The notes beneath the pieces are model-generated. The model was not told the origin of the DNA, searched no databases, and saw only the letters and a program-made list of their open reading frames with translations. Both the position numbers and the translations under genes were made by a program. This document shows, one piece after another, positions 11,634 to 19,798 of a stretch of 19,798 nucleotides of DNA; within the stretch, counting starts at the first letter, position 1; each line of letters opens with the position of its first letter. The DNA comes from Ginkgo biloba (lineage: Eukaryota > Plantae > Ginkgophyta): NCBI GenBank assembly GCA_024626585.2, contig JANKJI020000004.1, positions 167,133,980 to 167,153,777 of the forward strand. The letters are read 5' to 3'.

Positions 11634-12757
11634 AACTCTTTCAAGGTGGAGACTAAAGTGGAGATAGAGCCATAGGAAAGGGATGCTTAAAAAGTAGACA
11701 ACTAGTTCAGACCATTAGAAAATCATTTCCCTTGTCAAGGGTATAATGATACCTAGAAGGTCACCTTTGTAAGGTTGACAATGATATGTGAAGCCCTAGT
11801 ACTATGGTGAGACAAGTCTATCAAAGACAGAGGTTGTAAGGAAGGTTACCCATAAGGAGTTACAAAAAATTCAAGCAAGTAATAATTAAAAAATTCCATT
11901 GAGTGGGATATGAAAGTAACCTCAAGATTCAGTGGTAATACTTGAGGTAGAAAGCTAGCTAGAGTGTGGTTGATTATATTAATGAATTTCATCAGTTCAC
12001 CATTAAGCACAACAATCCAAAAGATGAAGAGGACCTTATGCTAAAGTNNNNNNNNNNNNNNNNNNNNNNNNNNNNNNNNNNNNNNNNNNNNNNNNNNNNN
12101 NNNNNNNNNNNNNNNNNNNNNNNNNNNNNNNNNNNNNNNNNNNNNNNNNNNNNNNNTGCACATGTAAATTCAACTTCCAAATAGAGGATTTCTCTAAGCA
12201 GGAATTAGATTAGAGAAATAGAGGTCTCCTATACAAATCAATTTGATAATCAATGAATAAGTAAAGAAATAATCTATAATGAAGGAAGCCTTTTGGTAGA
12301 AATTGCAAAAGGAATGGTCATGAAGAAGAAGACTAATGGTTCTTACATCCCAAAAAGAGATCTCAAAAGGCATTGTGAAGCTAGGTTGTAGAGGAAGACT
12401 TATTAATCNNNNNNNNNNNNNNNNNNNNNNNNNNNNNNNNNNNNNNNNNNNNNNNNNNNNNNNNNNNNNNNNNNNNNNNNNNNNNNNNNNNNNNNNNGTT
12501 TGTGACAAAGATTCAATCCACGAAGGATCTTATGACAATAATATTTGGATTACTAAAGTAGAAGAATTTGTTCTCCAAAGATCTTATAAGGCACTACAAT
12601 TTGCTAATCATCGATCATCCTAAACCAAATACTTATGGATGGCTACATAGAGATGTCAATTGCCATAACCAAACTTAAGTACATTTGCCTTGATAGATGA
12701 GGCAAGTGTTATGTAGTCCCATTAAATGCTTGTGGGATAATACTAAGAAGTTCCTAT
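11634..12757 (+). mobile_element. Decayed Ty3/gypsy (chromovirus, CRM-like) gag-zinc knuckle-protease region
   Basis: gag: NSFKVETKVEIEP*ERDA*KVDN*FRPLENHF...KVTFVRLTM...ALVLW* and KKFKQVIIKKFH*VGYE...QW*YLR*KAS*SVVDYINEF. Zinc knuckle at 12295-12351. Protease: *KNLFSKDLIRHYNL..DHPKPNTYGWL and CYVVPLNACGIILRSSY, compare HPKPY.LGWL and CDVVP.DAC.I+LG.P(W/Y) of CRM-type proteases. The lineage call is inferred from motif recall. Confidence 0.85.
12295..12351 (+). pseudogene. Gag CCHC zinc knuckle remnant
   Basis: GRNCKRNGHEEED*WFLHP keeps the C-x2-C-x4-H-x4-C spacing and the typical W.LHP tail. The first and last Cys are mutated. Confidence 0.75.
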
Positions 12758-13008
12758 NNNNNNNNNNNNNNNNNNNNNNNNNNNNNNNNNNNNNNNNNNN
12801 NNNNNNNNNNNNNNNNNNNNNCTAGAGAGTTAAGATCACAAGAAGTGTAAGTGTTACATACTAAGATTTGTTAAAACAATTTAAATAACCCATTTGGATA
12901 AGCTAGATTAAGGGTATTGGAGTTCTAATGTATGAAGGAAAATTCAGAATCAAAATTATAGTATTAGTCAACTCAAGTATAACCTTCTATAAGGAATTAT
13001 AGTATAGC

Positions 13009-13017
13009 CTATAAATA
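13009..13017 (+). promoter_or_regulatory. LTR TATA box, copy 1
   Basis: CTATAAATA, the typical plant LTR U3 TATA motif, is conserved in both repeat copies. Confidence 0.6.
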
Positions 13018-13310
13018 AGTGTATTCTTCTCCATTTTATCTTTAGTTGATGTCTTTAGTTTCTACTTAATTTTAATTGGAAGAAGAGTGTTCTGGAAGTA
13101 GGTGATTCCTACATCTTTAGAGCAATAATTCTCATATAGACTCTATGTTGACTATTTATGACTATCAAGGACAAGCACCAATACATTTTTCATTTATTGA
13201 AGTTTAAATCAAATCCTATATGGATTTCTAATGTACAAAGGAAATTTTGGAATCAAATTATAGTCTTAGTCAACTTAAGGATAACCTTCTACAAGTAATT
13301 ACAATTTAGC

Positions 13311-13319
13311 CTATAAATA
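13311..13319 (+). promoter_or_regulatory. LTR TATA box, copy 2
   Basis: CTATAAATA lies 302 bp after the first copy. Confidence 0.6.
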
Positions 13320-13598
13320 AGCTTATTCTTGTCCGATTTATCTGTAATTAATGTCGTTAGTTTCTACTTAATTCTAATTGGAAGAAGAGTGCTTTGGAAG
13401 CAAGTGATTCCTACATTTTTAGAACCATGATTCTGATATAGACTCTATGTTAACTTTGTGTGACTATCAAGGATAAGCACCAATATATTTTTCATTCATT
13501 GAAGTTCATATCAAATCCTACATGGAATTACATGTGAATTATTAGTTTTTTGTTATAATCTATATTTATTAGTAATCGTTCATTTGTGTCATTACAAG

Positions 13599-13606
13599 TG
13601 GTATCA
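13599..13606 (+). other. Primer-binding site complementary to the 3' end of initiator tRNA-Met (partial)
   Basis: The sequence reads TTACA-AG-TGGTATCA. The first 8 nt of the canonical TGGTATCAGAGC match, and the sequence then diverges (AATT). Confidence 0.75.
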
Positions 13607-14249
13607 AATTCTCACAACAATCCTATGACCAAGCACCTACATCTCAATACAAACTTATTTAAAAATCTTAGACACCATGGCAAGTTTAGGCAATACAATA
13701 TATAACCTAAAAAATAACCATGACTATTTTTTAAAGCTCATTGCTATGCTAGCAAAGCCCTAGACAATAAAACTTACAAAGACACAACTAACCCTTCAAA
13801 TTAGATTCAAATTAAAATCACTTCGTTCATAATGTAAATTGCTCTACTTGTGATCCATCCAAAAATTGATCCTTTGATGCATGAAGTATTTTATNNNNNN
13901 NNNNNNNNNNNNNNNNNNNNNNNNNNTCCATGTGAGGCTATTTTTAATTCTTAGATATACAACAACCTTGATGTGTCATAGAGGTGGTTCCCAAGGATGG
14001 AACCTTGAGTATGAAAAAAACATATCTCCAAAGCACCAAGTGATGCCTTTCTATCCTAAGAAAATGGATTGTATCTCCCAAATCAATCCAAAATAGAAAA
14101 TGTACCAAGAGACAAAAGTGATCATAATAGTAATATGTATTTATTGGAANNNNNNNNNNNNNNNNNNNNNNNNNNNNNNNNNNNNNNNNNNNNNNNNNNN
14201 NNNNNNNNNNNNNNNNNNNNNNNNNNNNNNNNNNNNNNNNNNNNNNNNN

Positions 14250-17069
14250 ATACTAGAGGGTGCAATCATTACCTGCTCTTTGTTAGTCCCTAATACCTCT
14301 ACTTCCCTAGTTGGCCTAAGAAGGTGATCCACTAAGTAGAATGATGTATCACCCAGGGGAGTTTGGGCCTTTTTTATTTCCATGGTATTGAGGATATTCT
14401 CACCTACATATATTCCTAGGAGAATATAATATATCTGGATCATGATGGGTACGATATTTTTGTCCATTATATGAACCGATTTCACTTGCATTTGATTCAT
14501 CTCCTAGGAGAAGGACATTAAATAGATAATGGGAAGGATAATCTATTAAATATATGATTATGAGGATATGGTAAATTGTAGTGTATCCCCTAGGGTAACT
14601 TTGGCCTAATCCATTATGATTTAAGCTTTCTTTATTAATTGGTTGGTTTTCACTTGTTCACTAAAATGATCTTCCTTTTATATTAGATCCTATGATTCTA
14701 GGGAGCCTATTTATTTTCATTGTTAGATAAATGTTACCTCCTTACTTTCTCATTGATCTATTTCTATGATTCCTAAGAGTTCTTGGNNNNNNNNNNNNNN
14801 NNNNNNNNNNNNNNNNNNNNNNNNNNNNNNNNNNNNNNNNNNNNNNNNAACTTTGTCAACTAGGAATTTGTAAATATCCCTTCTCTTAAATCTTTAACGA
14901 TGCTTCACATCACTTTAATTTTGATCCTATTGACATCATCTCTCACTGAAACCAGCTTCTTATGTATATCATCTATAATTTTATTGGGGATTTCCATTAT
15001 CTTTTAGATCTTTTCAACATTACTAGAGATCTCTTAGTTCTTTTTTTCTACTTCATGATGCATCTCATTCATGACCTCTTATTTTTATCATAGATTCATC
15101 TCAACAGTACTACATTCCCCTTAGATTCTAATCACCTCTGATTCTAAATATATTATCTTATTTTTTACTTTGAGAGTATGTGCTTCCTTTGACACTAATT
15201 ATTTTTATCTTAGGAGATGTACATTAGGGTAGATTGCAGGTTAAAATTCTATATCTAAGGTGGATAATTCCNNNNNNNNNNNNNNNNNNNNNNNNNNNNN
15301 NNNNNNNNNNNNNNNNNNNNNNNNNNNNNNNNNNNNNNNNNNNNNNNNNNNNNNNNNNNNNNNNNNNNNNNNNNNNNNNNNNNNNNNNNNNNNNNNNNNN
15401 NNNNNNNNNNNNNNNNNNNNNNNNNNNNNNNNNNNNNNNNNNNNNNNNNNNNNNNNNNNNNNNNNNNNNNNNNNNNNNNNNNNNNNNNNNNNNNNNNNNN
15501 NNNNNNNNNNNNNNNNNNNNNNNNNNNNNNNNNNNNNNNNNNNNNNNNNNNNNNNNNNNNNNNNNTTTATCTCAAAAGATACCTCATACCACTAAGTCAA
15601 ATGGATTTGGGTGACTATAGGTTGAGTACAAATGGGATAAACCATATTTATTATACTTATAGATAAGGGGGTGATATTTACAACTTTGTCTAAGACATTA
15701 AGGGTTGAAGGCATGGTTGTAAGATCATTATAAGTATTGGTATAAGGTGGGTTGATAGAGTCCTTCTCGAATTCTTCTTATGTCTTCTATTATTTGACCT
15801 CATCTAATTTACATTTCTTTTTTCTACCTTCATCAACTTCTTTCTTCTTAGCATGGTTGTCTTTTATAGTGTGAGTTAAATGGACCTAGGTAGTAGACTA
15901 GGATTATAAATGCTTCTATGTCGATGAATTAGAACCCTGGGTATATTATTTCTTCATTTTTTTCTTTCCTGATAGAATTTGTCTTCTTCTGAGATTCTAG
16001 GAATGAAATCATTTGTAAGTATAGAGGTGATCATATTAGGATAAAGGGTTCCTATGAAAAATGAGATGTATTATTTTCCCAATAATTATGTTGAACCATT
16101 TGAGAATTCAGTGGGTGATCAATGACTAGTGTCCTTTTTGGTTAGGGGTTGTAATTAGTCTAATATTTTTCTTTAAATCCCTAGATGATCTATGCTATTT
16201 ATCTATGATAGGGAAATGATGGGATAATATTTTTATCATATGAAATTCCTAGTAGATAGGAATAGGTCATATTCTCATATTATGACCATTGGAATTCTCT
16301 CCATTACTTTTTGATACATTTAGGAATCTTTTTTCTTTTGTTCGGTCCATCATTCAACCATTGCAGATCCATGTAGAAGTTCCCCAAATATCCCATAATA
16401 ATTTTATCCTTTCCTTGACCTTTATTTATATGGATACATGCATATAGATTCAACTAGGGTTGAGATATTAGATCAATCCATGTAGGAGGTCCTATAACTT
16501 CTATGAAAATGGTAGTAATCAAAGAAGGCATTGGCAATAAGTGGCCCATATCTAAGAGGAAGTGTTGTGCTCCTTACATCTATTAGCTAATGAAGGGAAC
16601 CAAGAATAGATATTTCCTAATACCAATTTATAAATATAGAATACTAATATAATATCAAATAGGTATTAGAATCCTATCAGGCTAATCATCTATTTATAAT
16701 ATGATCAACCCATTTAGATCCTTTGTTACTAATGTGGTTGATATGGAATCCATTAAACTTACTCTAGACATATGCNNNNNNNNNNNNNNNNNNNNNNNNN
16801 NNNNNNNNNNNNNNNNNNNNNNNNNNNNNNNNNNNNNNNGCCTCTTCCTTTATATCAACCATATCACATTCCATGAGAATCCTAATTATTCCTAATACTA
16901 ATTCTCCATCAACATTGATAATATGATCTTAGAACCAAAAATCCCCCACTTCAAAGTGATGGAGTATTTCTATCACCATAGGATACATGAGATATACTAG
17001 ATAAATCACTATATAATCAATTATATTAGCTTATTACAATGCTATATAAGTTATATTATACTACTTATT
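14250..17069 (-). pseudogene. Long decayed accessory (non-gag/pol) ORF, probably retrotransposon-borne: mobile-domain-like N-terminus, charged linker, coiled coil
   Basis: 16840-17069: VIEILHHFEVGDFWF*DHIINVDGELVLGIIRILMECDMV. The same frame continues across the 64-N gap into FNGFHINHISNKGSKWVDHIINR...LPLRYGPLIANAFFDYY. ~16150-16400: GYLGNFY...RKKIPKCIKK*WREFQW. ~15760-15990 is K/E-rich. ~14850-15060 is heptad-like (VEKI*KIMEIPNKIIDDIHKKLVSVRDDVNRIKIKV). The family assignment is from recall only. Confidence 0.55.
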
Positions 17070-19798
17070 NNNNNNNNNNNNNNNNNNNNNNNNNNNNNNN
17101 NNNNNNNNNNNNNNNNNNNNNNNNNNNNNNNNNNNNNNNNNNNNNNNNNNNNNNNNNGCTTCTTTATATAATTTTTTCTTAGGAGAATAGTTAGGTCTAA
17201 TTTGTTCTTCTATAATGCATAATTTCCTAGAAGAAACTAGTAGGGATTAGACTAGGATTATTACATATTATCAAAAATATTAGATAAGAATTTGGGAGGG
17301 ATTGGAATGACTTGGTAAAGTGAGAACATGGGCATATGGAGAGAAGGATGATTTTCTAAGTATGCATGAAANNNNNNNNNNNNNNNNNNNNNNNNNNNNN
17401 NNNNNNNNNNNNNNAGGCTCTTTGACATAACGTTAGGGATGAGTGACATACACATGAGCATTAAGAGAAGGGATAATAGTGAGAATTAACAGTTCTTTGG
17501 GGTTAGTGCTATCGAGTCAAAACCATATTATCATTCTATATTACACCTTCGGTTTCCTTATAGGTGTTCAAAAAGATATCTTTGGCATAGTTATGATTTT
17601 GGTATTGAATCCTTATTATTATCTTATCATATTAAGGGGTGGATGATCCCTCATCCTAGTTCATGTTTGGCTCTCTAACCAATTCAGGGAGTGAAAGAGA
17701 ACCTAAGGAGAGATAAATAAATATCTTACCTTGATGTGACTTACTTCTTCATGGGTGAGTGGGAATAAAAAAAATCATGGTTGGTGGGTCTTTCCCTAAT
17801 TAGGTTAGGGAGTAAGAGGANNNNNNNNNNNNNNNNNNNNNNNNNNNNNNNNNNNNTTTCTTATCTTGGGGATCCTTCTTTAGTTAGGCCAAGATGCCAA
17901 TATTTCCAAGGATAAATTAATACCTAGTACATGCATAACCCCCTAGTCAATCTAGGGATCACCATGCCTTTACCATATATACTCAAACTCATGCAAGGAT
18001 CTTTAATATTCAATGTTGATCCGCATTGATTAAGATGCTCTATATTTTAGTTCATATGAGCCATACTATCGCCCATGCATTATTTAGAGACTAGGATATT
18101 AGGACATATTATAAGGTGCTATAAATAACATTAACACTAGTGAAATATTCTATAAATTAATCATGCTTGAATAGTAAGAGGGTACAAAGATAGTAATAAT
18201 CAAATACAATATACGATAATGAAATTAGGTAAGGGATAATATGGATGGTATAGGTGGTGTGCAAGAGATAGATATGAGAGATTATATTTAGGTTATGAAT
18301 ATTGCCTAATATGCCTCTCTTAGGTTCATTATATGGGAAAGAGATGGGATGAGTGTAATTGGAAAGATGAATGTGGGTGGTTATAATGGTAGGTTTTTCC
18401 TGAGCTTGTTTCTTTTGTATAGGTCATGTTCTTTCTATCACTAGGTTCTTATATAGTAAGGAAGATGATAGGAGAGCGATTGGAATGTCCAAATAAAGAA
18501 GAAGGGTCTAGTATGAGGGAAAATTCAATAACACCATTACCCCATAATGAGTAATCCATCCTCTNNNNNNNNNNNNNNNNNNNNNNNNNNNNNNNNNNNN
18601 NNNNNNNNNNNNNNNNNNNNNNNNNNNNNNNNNNNNNNNNNNNNNNNNNNNNNNNNNNNNNNNNATCTATGTTATAGTAATATACTTATGCCTATACCAG
18701 GTTCATGGATTGGGAGAAAATTTAGGCCACTCAAAAGAGTTTCTTTGGAAAGTTCCATTTTTTATAATATTGTTGTAACATGCTCTTCATAGATAAAAAT
18801 ACTTGATGAACATTTTATTTCTTTCTAAACTTCCAAAGTATATTTTTGAAACCATGAATCTAATATTAAAAGTTATATGAGTTATTGAAATAGGTATACT
18901 TGTTAAGGTAACATTATACTAAGAGTGGGAACAAAATGACAATCATAAAGGATAGTGTATTTTAGCTAAAGGAAGAGCAAAGTGGAATATATTATGTTAT
19001 TGGTAAAAGTAATAAGGTCATTGAGAATTCACCCTTCTCAGAGTGGTTAATTCTTATGAGGTGTTATTTATGAGTACGAAAATGGGAAGATAAACTAATA
19101 TTATGGGAAGAAGATAGTGTCTAAGAATATTTTTTCCATATTAGTTTTCCAAACCTTATATGAAAAATTGCAATTGCTCATCTAGATGAGGAAATAAAGA
19201 AACTATAATATTATTTTTATGAATGGAATTATAGAATAGTTTGTCAAAGTTCCTAACCTAGAGTTAGTTGTTGAACGTAAACAAGTTATAAAGTATGGTT
19301 GGACCCACTTTAATGGTGGTGGAGGAACCTACTATTGAGGATAAAATTCTCTCTTCTATCACTAGAGTTACTATTTGAAGTTTCATATCTATTAGAGGTG
19401 GCTTTAGAAATGATGGGATGAGAGGATGTGGTGCCTATTTTTTCATGATAATGGAAGAATTGGATTTGGTTTATAAATAGTATGAATGAAGTTAAAATAG
19501 TTCTTTTCACATTTGTAGTCAAGCTTAAAGATATTTTTTTACTTAATGGTTTACAAAGAATTCACTAAGACCTTCCCAATATTGAAACCACTAGAAATTC
19601 ATATCTAGTAAAATAAAGTCTTTATAAAAAATATATAAAACTCAATTATTCAATAATGCACTACTTTTAAGTGAAAATTTGGTATCCTTTATGTGTACAA
19701 AATATGATGCTTATTTAACAAACTACCCCAAAAAGAGCTTATTACTTAGGGTGAGAAAACTATAGGATATGCGGAGCATAATTAAAATAGCTTGATGA

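Larger units (their letters stand above)
12918..13522 (+). repeat. Direct tandem duplication, 2 x ~302 bp, inside the LTR
   Basis: Copy 1 (12918-13220) and copy 2 (13221-13522) align end to end. Shared blocks include gcctataaataag, ttagtttctacttaatt, taattggaagaagagtg and atatagactctatgtt. A hand count gives about 44 differences including one indel (~85% identity). Confidence 0.97.
12846..13596 (+). mobile_element. Long terminal repeat (751 bp including an internal duplication)
   Basis: It starts TGTAA (12846) and ends TTACA (13592-13596), a perfect 5-bp terminal inverted repeat. It contains CTATAAATA boxes and is followed after 2 nt by a PBS. The 3' boundary is well supported. The 5' boundary is less certain because no clear PPT or second copy is visible. 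Confidence 0.72.

Noticed and set aside
12918-13522. Repeat considered as a CRISPR array or satellite
   Set aside because: There are only two long units with no spacers, in a eukaryotic LTR context.
17975-18065. YGSYELKY...RINIEY on the minus strand resembling the integrase GPY/F tail
   Set aside because: It is too degenerate, and no integrase core (HHCC, DDE) is detectable upstream.

Overview
This is AT-rich, visibly CpG-poor, gap-riddled eukaryotic DNA with 22 N-runs, seven of them exactly 100 N. I see no intact host gene, RNA gene or CRISPR array, and none of the supplied ORFs is a credible intact CDS. Manual translation through stop codons shows old, decayed plant LTR retrotransposons. 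(1) A minus-strand Ty3/gypsy Tat-type remnant has gag, aspartic protease and an additional 'archaeal-type' RNase H directly adjacent and in frame. This order is known from TatI/TatII and points to a gymnosperm or lycophyte host. (2) A plus-strand CRM-like chromoviral gag, zinc knuckle and protease remnant is followed almost at once by a 751-bp LTR (TGTAA...TTACA). The LTR contains a 2 x ~302-bp tandem duplication of its TATA-bearing core and is followed by a tRNA-iMet PBS. (3) A ~2.8-kb decayed minus-strand non-gag/pol ORF has a mobile-domain-like N-terminus, a charged linker and a coiled coil. I found no convincing evidence of a new functional system. The points of interest are element architectures, and adjacency across the 100-N gaps should not be trusted.
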